A program made the translations under genes and the position numbers. Source: the human T2T-CHM13v2.0 reference genome, Homo sapiens. Taken from it: a DNA stretch of 64,000 nucleotides. The notes below the pieces were generated by a model. It saw nothing but the letters and a program-made list of their open reading frames with translations. It was not told the origin of the DNA and did not search any database. Location of the stretch: the NCBI RefSeq assembly GCF_009914755.1, contig NC_060947.1, one strand, 5' to 3'. Below, one piece after another: positions 25,480 to 37,536 of this stretch; the stretch's first letter is position 1, and each line of letters opens with the position of its first letter.

Positions 25480-26450
25480 GGTCATGCTGAGCACGGGGCC
25501 ACAGGCCACAGAGCTATGCACCGCCCGGCCTGGGGTCCAGGCGAGCTTACAGCACAGGGGCCAAGCGGGAGGCAGGGAAGACCGGGCCGAGATGGGGCCG
25601 CTGTGTGTGGAGCAGCACTTGCAGACGCAGGTCGCGGGTACACGCGCTTAGAAGGAGGGGGGCCGAGACCATGGGGAGAGCAAGGGACACCAAAGGGCGC
25701 TTCGGGCGCGCCCCGCACGGGTTCTCTGCCCGAAACCCAGGGGAAAGAAACCCCAGCCCGCAAGTACCGTCTGCAAGAGGGCCGAGCACACGGGCTCCGG
25801 CATCAGGGGCCCTGGTACCTTTCAGCCGCGGCCGGTCTCACGGCCTCTGGACCCTGAGAGTCGTGGGCGTTCAGGGCCGACTCTGGCTTTTGGCCTCAGA
25901 GTACAGTCCTCCGCCTCCTCGCGACCCAGCGAGGCCACCGGAGCCAGCGAGGAGACGTGGGCCGCGGTGAGAAGAGAGAGCACCCGGCTCGTGTCAGGGC
26001 TGTAAGGTAGCTGCCGCTTACTCCCGGAAACCGGTGGCCAGTGACAGATGCTAGCGGTCCATAACTTCGGCTTTCATGCAGCTCCCGTCGTCCCTTTCAT
26101 GAGGAACGTACGTGTGCGCGTAATCACGCACGTACGTACACCACGCACGTACGCAGGAGGCCCGTATTCAGCCACGCCTATACACCGCCAAATCGCTAGG
26201 AAGCCACGTATTCACGAAGCCACGCAGTGACGTCGCCACGCACGTACGCACGCACTTGCCACAAGGAGACGCTGTTCAGTTTACCGGATCCTGTCCCGCG
26301 CCAGCCAACCAGGACAAGGCCGGGGAGCTCGAGACAGGCAGCCTAGACCAAGAACCGGAAGGAGGAAAAGGAACCGGAGGGAGGAAGAGGAGGGGCGGGA
26401 CGAGACCACCAGGCAGGATTTTTAAGCCCAGAGCTGCGAGACCAGCAGGA
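25480..26450. promoter_or_regulatory. CpG island and bidirectional promoter for EOLA2 (-) and a divergent lncRNA (+); candidate EOLA2 exon-1 donor at 26021
   Basis: Very high CpG density; CRE-like TGACGTC 26228-26234; ETS-like ccggaa 26024 and 26355; minus-strand donor ga|gtaagc. Confidence 0.85.
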
Positions 26451-27550
26451 AGGAACTGGGAGAAACCAATGGGGAGGGGATGGGGGCGGGGCTGAGAGGA
26501 GGAGGGCGGAGCTGGGGGAGGGGAAGGGCGGGAGTGAGGAAACCGCTGGGGCGGGGTTGAGAGTGGGGCGGGGACTTGAGGGGATGGGGCGGGGACTTGG
26601 GATGGGGCGGGGACTCGAGGGGGTGGGGCGGGGCTGAGAGAAACCATTGGGGGCGGGGCTATGGGCGATCTGGGCGAGGAGAGGCTGCAGGAGGAGCTCG
26701 CGGACTCCTGAGAACCAGCGCGGGGAGGGAGGGGGCTGGTGAGAGGAGGAAGGTGGGGCTGAAAGAAACCAGTGGGGAGGGGTTGGGGGCGGGGCTTTGG
26801 AAGCTGGTGCTGGAGAAGCAGGGCAGGGCTGGGGGAGGAGTGGGGCGGGGCGGGGTTCGGGGGGGGCTGGGGCTCGGGGAGGGGTGGGGCGGGGCTGAGG
26901 GAACCGCCGGGGAGGGGCTCGGGGGCGGGGCTTTGAAAACAGCCTTTGGAGAAGCGGGGCTGGGGGGGCGGGGCAGGGCCGAGGGGAACCTCTGGGGTGG
27001 GGCTGGGGGGTGGGGTTTGCACGCAGCCACAGGAGAAACAGGGCGGGGCTCAGAAAAGGGTTGGATCGGGCTGAGAGAGACCGCTGAGGGGGGTGCTGGG
27101 GGCGGGGCTTTGGAAGCACCCGCGGGAGAAACAGGGAGGAGATGGGGAGAGGCGGGGCTCGGCGCGGGGCGGGGCTTCGGAGGCAGCCGCGGGAGAAGCA
27201 GGGGGGGGTTCGGGGCAGGGCGGGTCTGAGCGAAGCCATTGGGGAGCGGCTGGGGGCGGGGCCTTTTAACCAGCCGCAGGAGGAGCCGGGTGGGGCTGGG
27301 GCGGGGCGGAGCTGAGAGAAACCGCTGAGGATGGGCTGGGGGCGGGGCCTTGGAAGCAGGCGTTGGAGGGGCGGGGTAGGGCCGGGCCGAGAGAAACCAC
27401 TGGGGAGGGTCTGGGGTCGGGGCTTTGCCATCAGTGGTGTGAGGAGCAGGCCGGGGCAGTGGGCAATTGAGCGAGGAACAGCTGCGGGAGGACTCCGCGG
27501 ACTCCTGAGAACCAGCTTAGGGGAGCGGCGGCTTGGGGAGGTGTAGGGTG
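26390..27550 (+). repeat. Degenerate G-rich minisatellite of GC-box plus GAGAAACCA(A/T/G/C)TGGGG units
   Basis: Recurring GGGGCGGGG, 'gagagaaacc..tgggg' and 'ggggcggggctttggaagc'; strong G skew. Confidence 0.9.
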
Positions 27551-28262
27551 GAATCACGAGAAAGCTCTGTGGGAGGGCCTGGTGCACAGCTCAGCTGCAG
27601 GGTGGAGCTGAGGGAAAGCCGGGCGTTCCTGGAGGAGGAGCAGGGCGAGGCTGTGGCAAAGCGCTGTGGGAGCAGATGGGGCGGGGCTGCGGGAAAGAGC
27701 TGGAGAAGGAGGAGCCAAGCTGCACCAAGGCTGGCGGGTGAGAATTGCGGGGGAGGAGCTAGTGCAGAGCTGGAGGAAAGAGCTGAAAGGTTGTTGGGGT
27801 GGGCAGAGGGGTAGGAGAAGCGAGACGGGGCTAGAGGAGGCGGAGCTGGGAGCGGTGATGAAGGGGTAGCAGGGCGGGGCAGTGGGAAAGAGCTGTGGGA
27901 GGAGGAGCTGGGGGTAAGAAGCTGGGGCTGTGGCTGCAGCGGGGACTGGGTCAGAGCTTCTGGAGGAGCCGCCTGCAAGAGGAGGGCGTAGTTGTGGGAA
28001 AGAGCTGTGGGCGGAAATGGTTAAGTGCCGGGTGGAGCAGGGGCTGGCGTCGGAATAGCTGGGGCGGAGCTGCGGGAGGAGGAGCTGGGGGGCGGAACTG
28101 TGGGAGGAACAGCTGGGGCGGAGCTGAGGGAGGAGGAGCAGGGGGGCAGAACAGCTGGGGTGGAGCTGTGGGCGGAGCTGCAAGAGGAGAAGTTGGGGAC
28201 GGACTTGCAGGAGGAAAAGCTAGGGGTGGAGCTGTGGGTGGAGTTGGGGGAGGGAGCTGAGG
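27550..28262 (+). repeat. Degenerate GGAGCTG(G/T/A)GG repeat
   Basis: Many gagct/cagct units interleaved with G-runs. Confidence 0.85.
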
Positions 28263-28699
28263 CCCTTCTGTGATGCACCCTTAGGCAAGAGTCCAAACTT
28301 TCCCGCGGCGACCTAACTGCACCTCCAGTGTCTTCCCCCAGAGGGCACAGAAGCAGCAAGAAGGGCGGGAACACTTGACTGGGGTCCATGCAGCTCTAGG
28401 CTGAGTCTTGCAGGGCTGAGCCCCCCAGGCCTGCTCTCCTGTGTCCTGGCCGCTCCGTCAGTGCCTGCCAGTGGGGTCCAGAGGGACCGTTTTTTTAACG
28501 CCTCTTTTGCAGGTAATGAGAAACATCCCCACTCTTAATGTCTTGCCTCCTCCGGCCTAAGTCGCCCAGCACACAGCCCAACTTCCCTGGCAAACTTGCT
28601 TTTCAAACTCTCTTCTCTCAGTCACGGGCTCAGGTTCTGTAGTGCTGCCATGCTTTACTCCTCTGTCCCTCCCCTTATCTAGTCTCCCGCATTGACTTC

Positions 28700-29390
28700 A
28701 TAACCAAGTTCTGGGTCCCTGCCTCTGGAGTGCCTGATGAGACAAAACGGCTCCTCGTCCTGCATCCCCGCTGCTACTTCCAGAATTCAGGCCTCGTGGT
28801 CTGGAGCCTGCACTGTTCCATGAGCCTCCTGAGCAACCTGGAGTCCTCTGTCTTTCTTCCCTCAGGTCTGTCGTCCACATTCCATCGGCTCAGTTTCTAA
28901 GTCACAAATCTGTCCCCAGCAATCCTCTAGTGAAAACGCTGCTGGGCCTTCTCAGGTTTAAGTCCTAGCAGTTCAGGGAGTCGGCTCAGCTCTCCCCACC
29001 CTTAAGCCAAACACTCTTTGGGTTCACGCTGTGCTGTTCAGTCACTGGTCCCCACCAGCCTGCTGTTCCAGGTCTCCCTGCTTTGCACCGGCGGTTCCCA
29101 TGGCCTTGTCCTGGTGCGCTCCTGGCCTCCTTCAAGGCACAACTTTAAAGTCACCTTCACAGCCCCACTCCGAGTATTAGAGACTTTCGTCTCCAGCTCT
29201 GATAGCATTTTGTACCTCCCCTGTCCCCACCCTACGTTAGGCTCTTGCAACCCAGGGTGGTAATTGCTCTGTAAGACTGTGGCTGCCGCAGGGTCTCTTG
29301 AGTTCCTTGAAGGCAAGGCCGGTGTTTTACTCATTTCTGAAACTGGGTGCCCAGGGCACAGTATCTGCTTAGTAAGTGTTGAATGAGCAA
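28700..29390 (+). mobile_element. L2 3' end
   Basis: L2 tail 'gagttccttgaaggcaaggcc...cagggcacag...agtaagtgttgaatgag'. Confidence 0.65.
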
Positions 29391-31245
29391 AGGGCAGCTT
29401 TCTTGTTTTTTCTAGTGAGATGCGCCTACTTCTCCCTGGAGAAGCTTGAGGAAGCAGAAATGCTGGAGATGAGGTGAGGAGGAGAGGGTCCCTCTTTATG
29501 GGATGTAGGCCGTAGGGCTGCAGGGGACCTTCAGATCACCAGTTCCAAGTCCTATGTATGCTAGCATCCCCTCCTGGGTTCCTTCCCCACAAGAATGGTT
29601 GCCAGCTTCTGCCGAACACCCCAGAATCTGCTTAGAGTGGTTTCAGATCATGAATGAGGATCCCCGGGATGGTGGGTGGCCGTTGCTCCTCCCGTGGCCT
29701 CTTGTTTGAAGAACTAGAACTCGCATAATGAGCTGGATAGCCACCGTGTGGCTGCTAGCAGGGAAGCCCTTGGTGGCCACATAAGGGCTCCCTTTTCCAA
29801 CTCTCTCAGCTGCTCCTCACTCTCACTCCTGGGTGTGCTGGGCAGTGGGGTGCAATGTGCACGTAGGTGCACACTCTCCCTGGGCGGCAGCGAGCAGCAG
29901 AGGTCTGATCTGTGGTCGGATGACGAGAGGAAGTGCAAGTAAAGCAGCTGCAGCGGTGAGTGGGCCTAGGAAGAATGGCATCAACAGGCCAGGCAGGGAT
30001 GCGGGTGGTGTTCGGCTAACCCTGAGAAAGGGACCAGAATGCACCTGAGTCTTGATTTTCATTCCCAATAGCAGGTCAGCACGAAACCCAAAAACGCTCT
30101 GATTTCTGCCTTCCATGCCACACTCTCTTCACCTGCTGCCTTCTCACTCCTCTCATTAACAATGTCCTGGCAGGAACAAGACTTTCCCCTCCCTCTCTTC
30201 TCGTCTCTTAGCAGGTCAGGTCGGCCTTCACCTCCCTAGACCCGTCCTGCTCCTGCCTTCCCCTGTGGGGCCCTCCATGGATGCTCTGGAGTCCCGGGCA
30301 ATAGTCAGCCAACTGCAGACATGCGGGGCCTTCTTGGGTTCCTTGCTGTGCTCCCTTGAAACCACTGTGCCTGACTGCACCCCAGTAGCACACACTGAAC
30401 TGACCCCCACTCCTGGGGCCAGCGGTGTGTCTCCTCAAGTTCTGCTTGCTTCTTCAGGCCTTGCTTGCATGCCTATCGTGCCACACATCATATCTCTTTT
30501 AGGAAGTCCTTGCCTTTTCCAAAGATCCTGCTTTGCAGCTGACTGTACCCTCTGCCTGCCTCCCCCAGGATACTGCCTCCTTCCTGAAACCACAGCCCCC
30601 GCTCAGGTCTTCCTTCCTTCCTCATCACCAGGGAGCCCCCTGCAGAGCTCCCGGTCCATCCTGGTGGCCTTCTGAGCCTCACCTCCCCTTCCTTCCCCTC
30701 CCATCCCTTCCCCTCCCCTCCCCTTCCCTCTCCCCGCTTCCCTTCCCTACCCTACCCTGCCCCCCCACCCCCTGCCCCCAACCCTGCCCTCTCCTGCTCT
30801 GTCCTCTCCCTCCATGGCAGGCTAACCTCCCTGGCTAGAGCTGTCCCTTGCGAATTTGCCATCACCTTGCCTCTCTGTGCTCAGCATCCCCGGCTGTGCA
30901 GTCCTTCTCTTCTGCCCACATGCTCCCCTAGAGAAGCATTCTTTTTGCTCAGCCTAATTTCCGTGCAACTCCTCCTGTTTTCTGAGCCTGTCACCGCCTT
31001 CCTCTTCCTTTGCCTCCCCACTGACACTTTCCAGAGTGCAGCCACCTCTCCTCGCTGTGCTTTTTTGACTCTGAGGCCCAGGAGGAAGTTGCCCTTCTCT
31101 GGAGATGGTTCACGTTTGATCCTGCCTAGTGTTCCGGGGCACGGCCAGTCTGGGACCGCTTTGACCCTGATTCATGGTTTCCCTTCAGATGCTTTTTGGT
31201 CAGCCTGCTTTCCTCGTCTAGGAAATGGCTTTTGCCCATTTTTCT

Positions 31246-31542
31246 TTTTCTTTCTTTCTTTTTCATTTTTTTTTAGACGGAGTTTTGCTCTTGTTGCCCA
31301 GGCTGGTGCAATCTCGGCTCACCACTACCTCTGCCTTCTGGGCTCAAGCGATTCTCCTTCCTCAGCCTCCTGAGTGCTGGGATTACAGGTATGCGCCACC
31401 ATGCCTGGCTAAGTTTGTATTTTTAGTAGAGATGGGGTTTCTCCTTGTTGGTTGGACTGGTCTCGAACTTCGACCTCAGGTGATCCACCCGCCTCGGCCT
31501 CCCAAAGTGCTGGGGTTACAGGCGTAAGCCACCGTGCCTGGC
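31246..31542 (-). mobile_element. Alu (AluSp/Sq-like) with 14-bp TSD
   Basis: ttgcccatttttct at 31232-31245 and 31543-31556; Alu body on minus. Confidence 0.95.
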
Positions 31543-31935
31543 TTGCCCATTTTTCTATTGAGTCATTTGCCTTGTTGGTATGGAGTTGTAGGAGCTCTTT
31601 CTGAATTCTGCCTCTAACCCCATGTTGGCTTTTTGTATTTCAGAGACCTCGTCCGCACAGGGGCTTGTTCTTCTGTGTCTTTGCAGGGCTGTTTTGGACT
31701 CAGTATTCACCTAAGCACTCCAAATTGTAAGTAACCCCAGAGATCATGGAGTGTCCCACTGCCCCTCCATCTGAAGGCTGTGACCTCTCCCCCAAGGAGG
31801 AGGTGCTCGCATGCGTCCAGTGCCCTGCCCATTAGATTAGGGAGGGTTCCCTTTTTTGCTCTCTTGCACTCATTTGTCCGCCTTTTAGCTTTCCTTTTCT
31901 GCCCTGACTCTCACAGGGTCGTGCGGATGTGCGAT

Positions 31936-32955
31936 GTAGGAGGAGGAGAGAGGTAAAGTGGAGGAATAGGAGCTGGAGGGGAGGAGGAGAGAAGAAAAGA
32001 GGAGAAGGAGGGGGAAGAGAGGGAGCGGGTTCAAGGAGGGAAGGAGGAGGAGAAGGAGAGGAGGAGGAGATGAGACCAAGGAGAAGAGGTGAAGGAGGAG
32101 AGGAGGACACAGAAAAGAGAAGAAAGAGGAGAGGAGACGGAGAAGAGGAGGAGGAGTAACAAAGGAGGAAGAAGAGGAAGAGGACTAGAAGAGCAAGTAA
32201 GGAGGAGGAGGGGGGAGTAGGAGGAGAGGAGAAGGACAGAAGGGGAAGGAGAGGCAGATGTGGAGGAGAGGAGGTGGAGGACAGGAGGGGATGAGAAAGA
32301 GGAGGAGAAAAGGAGAGGAGAGGGATGAGGGGGGAGGAGGAAGAGAAAAGAACAGGAGGAGAAGAGGAGGAGAAAAGGAGGAGGAGTGAAAGAAAAGAGG
32401 AGAAGGAGAGGAGGGGGGGAGGACGGGGAGGAAGGGAGAAGGAGAGAAATAGGAGGAGGGAGGAAAGGAGGAGAGGACGAGAGGAGGAGCAGAGGAGGAG
32501 GAGGAGAGGAAGGGGAGGAGATTTGGAGGAAGAGGGGAGGTGGAAGAAGAAAGGAGAAGGCGGAGAAGAGGAGAAAGCAGAGAGGAGGAGGCTGAAGAAA
32601 GGAGGACCAGGAGGAGAGGACGAGGAGGAAAGGAGGAAGAGGAAGAGTGGAATAAGAGGAGCAGAGGAAAAGGAGGAGGGGGTTGGGGAGGAGTGGAGAG
32701 GAGAGGAGGAGGAACAGAGTTGGAGGAGGTGAAAGAGAAAAGAGGAGAAGGAGGAGAGGAAGAGAGAAGGAAATGAGAAGGAGAAAAGTAGGAAGAAGAA
32801 GAGAGAAGAGGAGAGGATGAGGAGGAGGAGAGGAGAAGGAGAGCAGGAGGTGGGAGGAGGAGGAGAGTAAGAGGAGGAAATGAGGAGGAAGAAAGGAGGA
32901 CAGAAGGTGGAGAGGAGGAGGAGAGGAGGAGAAGGAAACGAGGAGGAGGACGAGG
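31936..32955 (+). repeat. ~1 kb polypurine (GGA/GAG/GAA)n low-complexity tract
   Basis: Almost entirely A/G on the + strand. Confidence 0.97.
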
Positions 32956-35939
32956 CTGCACCACCCTTATCAGGTTCCAGTTCTCGGTGCGCCCCGTTCT
33001 GCAAGACACTCTCCTGTGGTCAGCCCTGGTCTGCAGAGGATTCCCGCGCTGGATCTCTGAAGGATGCTGGCGCCCTCTCTGCAGCACATTCCTGATGCCC
33101 TTGCTGACACGTGTCCTCTGGGCCCTCTCCTGAAACCTGATTCTCCGGGGTGTCTTCTGGCCTCACCTCTTCTGTCCAGTTCCAGCAAGCTCACTTTGCT
33201 TAGCCTTTGAATCCCTTCCTTCACTGTCTGCCATGACAGTTCAGGCCTTTCACCGTCACTCAGGCCTGGACCATCACTGTTGCCCATCCCATGCCATCAA
33301 CAGGTTTGCCCCATCCCTTCGGCTCCCTACCAGGGCATTCAGTTGTGTTGAGCAGCAGAGTGTCTCCAAGTCCCCACTGGTTGAGCTGCATCCGGGTCCC
33401 ATCCCACAGGGACCCCCTGGCCGCTGCAGATGCATGCTGATCCTGCAGCTCCTCGAGGGTGTCATCGCTTTCCCCCTTCCCAGACCCAGCACACCCTGCC
33501 TGCATGGCGCTGCGCTGCACCTTCACTCTGGTCACGGGTCTGGCAGTCAGCTCACCAATTCCTCCTGCTTCCCTGGGACTTGCCGGCTTTTAGCACTGCA
33601 ATTCACTCAGCAAACTGGGACTGTTGGTCACCCTACCTGGCAGCCAGTGATAAGGTGAGGGCCACTCCTGGGAGGGAGGACACCTGTGGGGAAAATTCTT
33701 GTGTTATTTATTTCTCCTTCGGGATAGGGTGCCTGCAGCGCTTCATGGGAGGGGGTGGGCTGATGCTGCGGGCTCAGAAGTTTCAAGGGCATCTGGGGAG
33801 ACCAGATATTCAGAGACCTTCTAGATGTGCCTGTTCCATGTATCAGGGACGCAGGTTTTCCCAACAGGGCTGGTGTCATTGGCATGACAGACCTGCCTTG
33901 GCTGAGCGTTCACCTGTCTTTGGAGTTCAGCCACCTTAGCAAGTCCTGGGTTTGTTCTTCAGACTTTGCTGCTCGCCCATTGCCTGGATCGGGGGCTACT
34001 TTGTAAACCACCAGGAAGACTCCAGTGTTTCTGGTTAATTTTTAGATGTTTGTTAATTGCTCTTGGTCTCTCATTAATCCCCTGTGGGTCATCCAGGAAA
34101 CATACTCACCACTGTCTGTTCTCTGAGTTTTCATTTCCAGGCATCCGCCCTGCCTGGATCTCCTCACCTGCCAGGAACTTCCTCTCCACAAGCCGGCCAT
34201 CCCAGCAAAAGTTCTAACACCAAAGGTCTGGCAACTAGCCTGCCATCTTGTGCCTGGAGCCGCCTGCGTGCCACCTACTCCCGAAGATGGGAACCTTGTT
34301 GCCAGTTGGGCAGATGCGGGGCAATCCTGTACCAAGACCCCATTTTACCACCTGCTTTCTCAGACCACTCTGGAACCCACTGTCTCAGATTGTGTCCTCC
34401 AGGAAGCAGACCATGAGAGGGAGTTGGCAGGGCCAAAGATTTACTGGGGCTAACTAACACTCAGGAAAGGGATAGGAAGGAAACAGGGCTGGAGAGCAGG
34501 TTGAGCCCGACCTGACAGTCTCGAGCAGCCCAACAGGGAGGTGTGGAGCAAGGGTTGCCCACTAGAGGGGCCTGCATTGGGTACGGGTGATGGGGTCCAC
34601 ATGGTACCTGGCATATAGCAGGCTGTGCAATCCATATTAACTGACTGGATAAATTAATGCCCAGAAAAGGTGCCCTGGAGAATGGGTGTGTGCTGAACAC
34701 AATAGGGAAGGGCCCAGCATCTGCCTTGGCATAGGCAGAACTGTGCTGTGCCCTGCAACAGGCCACCTGAGAGCTGCTTTGATCTTGTGTGTACATTAGA
34801 TGACTGCCAGGGGCATGAAGGGGATGTGCTTCCAGGGCATTTGCTGGCAGGGCGTCTCGTGATCTCTTGGTATTGGTGTGAGCACAGCCTGGCAGGAGAG
34901 GGCAGATCTCCATGCAAAGTATGTCAGAAAGCAGATGGAAGCCAGGCCCCCTCCTGAAAGAGGCTCCTTGAAGGTAGGTGCACACTCATGTCTTTGTTAC
35001 TTGTAAGGGGGCATCTTACAGGCAAGAGGAGTTAGGTGAATGTGAAGAGGAAGGAACTACTCTGGGCAGGGGGCTGGGGGACGCTTCGTAGAGGAGGGGG
35101 TGTTTGAGCTGGGCCTTGAAGGTCAAAAGGGTTTTGTTAGGTGGGAAATGGGGGAAGGACAGTCTGAAAGGGTTAGGTACATTCAAGGAGCCCAGAGAAG
35201 GTTCGTGGCTGGAGCAGACGCATTCGTAGAGTGAAGTCATGGGAGAGAAGAGGCTGGGAAACTAGATTGGTTCCAACTCCTAAAGGACCACTGAAGGAGT
35301 GTGGGCTGCACGCTGGGTGCAGCAGGTGAGTTTCCTCACTTGGGTTTCACTGTCAGCATTTTAAAAAGGCAAACTGGTTTTCTTCCTGAGAAGAATTCAT
35401 TGATTCACTTGTGGCCAGTAAGTCATCTGGGCCAGAGGTTGGTGGGGAGATGATAGGGGTGCAAGTGTCATCTTCAATCACAGCATAACTGCCCTTGCTT
35501 TCTTACCTCTCGTTTAGATATTTCAATGCTTGCTCAGGTCCCCTGCGCCCTCCTTCCTTCTCCCTTCCCAGCCATACTACTTATGGGATGACTTTCTCTT
35601 TGTAAAATGACCGTTAGTCTTATCAAATTAATCCCAAAGTAATACCATCAATTTCCCCCTAAAATACCAACAAGACCCCTGCTTGAAACTGCTTGTACAT
35701 TAGAGACAGAGAAGAGTCCATGAGAATCAACATTTTCTGAGGACTCCAACTGTGTGCCAAGAGAGTTCCCCTGCTGGTGCCTCCTCTGTAGTAAAGGAAA
35801 GGTAACATTCCTGCAAGGCTTTGAAGCTTACAGCGTGCTTGCCCTTAGATTCTTGTGTTGTGTTCTGGGTCAGCAGGAATGCCTCGCCAGGTCCTTTTTC
35901 TCATCCTAATGTGACACTGAATTCTTCACAGGCTCCTGG

Positions 35940-36090
35940 GACCACATTATCATTCTCTTCACTCGAGAGATGAGGACACTGAAATTCAGAGAGGGGAAGT
36001 GATTTGCCTCAGCTTGTACTGTAAGTGATCAAGGCAGGACTCAACCAGTCTTTTTGACCCTGACTATGGTGATTTGATCTCTACACCACA
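35940..36090 (-). mobile_element. MIR fragment
   Basis: 'agatgaggacactgaaattcagagaggggaagtgatttgcc'. Confidence 0.7.
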
Positions 36091-36127
36091 AGATGGTGGT
36101 GGAATGGTGGAATATGGTAACTAGAAG

Positions 36128-36263
36128 GCCCTTTCTAGCTCAGGACACATTTGATGCTGTGACTGTTTGGGAATTCAGTCCTGACCAATTTAAGAGGTTG
36201 TGTTTCTTAGCTGTCTCTGGCTCCTGGTTTGCCCAGTTTGATTCTGTGCCTGCCTAGCAAAAC
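36128..36263 (+). repeat. Inverted repeat B, left arm (136 bp)
   Basis: Reverse complement of 37401-37536; I count 4 mismatches. Confidence 0.97.
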
Positions 36264-37400
36264 CTCTCTGTCTGTGGTCTAAGAAGCCTGACATCTCTGA
36301 ACTAGTCCTCTTCCTGTCCACTCAATATCGACAGAATCTCATGGTATGTCCTCCTGGCTCAGCCATGGAATAAAGCCAGCTCTGTTGTTTTTGTCCTTGT
36401 GTTGTGCCCCAGCTTAGGAAGAATAACTCTTCAGGCTGCCTCTCCCATGCTAGGTCACATGCAGGTCACACATTCCCAGGTAAATTTTGCACTTTGTTTA
36501 TCTGGAATTTGTCTTAATTTCCTTGTCCTTGTTTCTGATTGTGTACTCTCTTCCCTTCTGTCTCATTATCTGGGCCCTATGTCTTTTCTCATGGTTTCTC
36601 TTCTGTAAGTCTCTAGACCCGATGCAAGTACACAGTGAAGTGAATGAAGTTAAAGATAAAGCTTCAGTGTCTCTTGCTTGAACAGCCCTGGAAGGAGCCC
36701 TAGCATTATGGTCCTACAGTTGTATGGTTTGGAAAATCTACAAAAGATATTTTAACCACAGTTGGTTCAGGGAATCTTTCTTTCCACTATGCTGTCTCTA
36801 TCCCTCTTGCCTGTGTGTTGGGTAGCAATGCAATGACCATGGTCATATTGAGAATTCAACTAAGGGGACATTAAGTTGGGATTCATTTAGTTTAGGATAT
36901 ATTTTTGAGATATCTTTCAGGAGTCCACAGGCAATTCCATATATTTCCCAGTTTTTGCCAGCTGCCCTTTATTGGAATAGCTTGCAGGAATACTTCTGCT
37001 CACTGTGCTGATGCATCCAGTGTTAGGACAAGAGGGGTGAGGCTGAAGGGTACATTGTAATGTCACTGTGACCTGCAGCACTTGGCATCAGGGGTATGTT
37101 GGCAGTGGAGGAGAACCAAGATTCACAATGTACAGCACCAGAAGCTAGTCTGTGGAAAAATCTTCCAGTCATCAATCAGATGTGTAAAATTGTAAGTGAA
37201 GGATTCCATTTTCACTGAAAAGCAAAAGTGCTCTCTTGTCAGAAATATACCCAGCGTGCAGTGTACGCAATTGTAAATACAAGATACATTTATTTGCACA
37301 TTTGGAAGGGGATTTTGTGAAATGGCATTTTTCAGAATTCCTGTGATTGTAGGACATGGACCTGTAGAAGGACTAGAAACATTGAGTAGTATGCAGAAGA

Positions 37401-37536
37401 GTTTTGCTGGGCAGGCACAGAATTAAACTGCGCAAACCAGGAGCCAGAGACAGCTAAGAAACACAACCTCTTAAATTGGTCGGGACTGAATTCCCAAACA
37501 GTCACAGCATCAAATGTGTCCTGAGCTAGAAAGGGC
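37401..37536 (-). repeat. Inverted repeat B, right arm
   Basis: gttttgctgggcaggcacag...ctgagctagaaagggc is the reverse complement of 36128-36263. Confidence 0.97.

Noticed and set aside
26276-28389. Long Pro- or Gly-rich ORFs (up to 414 aa) on both strands
   Set aside because: They come from the stop-poor G-rich repeat, are open in several frames at once, and show no domain.
31832-33087. 390-aa and 300-aa Ser/Leu/Pro ORFs and Glu/Arg/Gly ORFs
   Set aside because: Translations of the polypurine tract.
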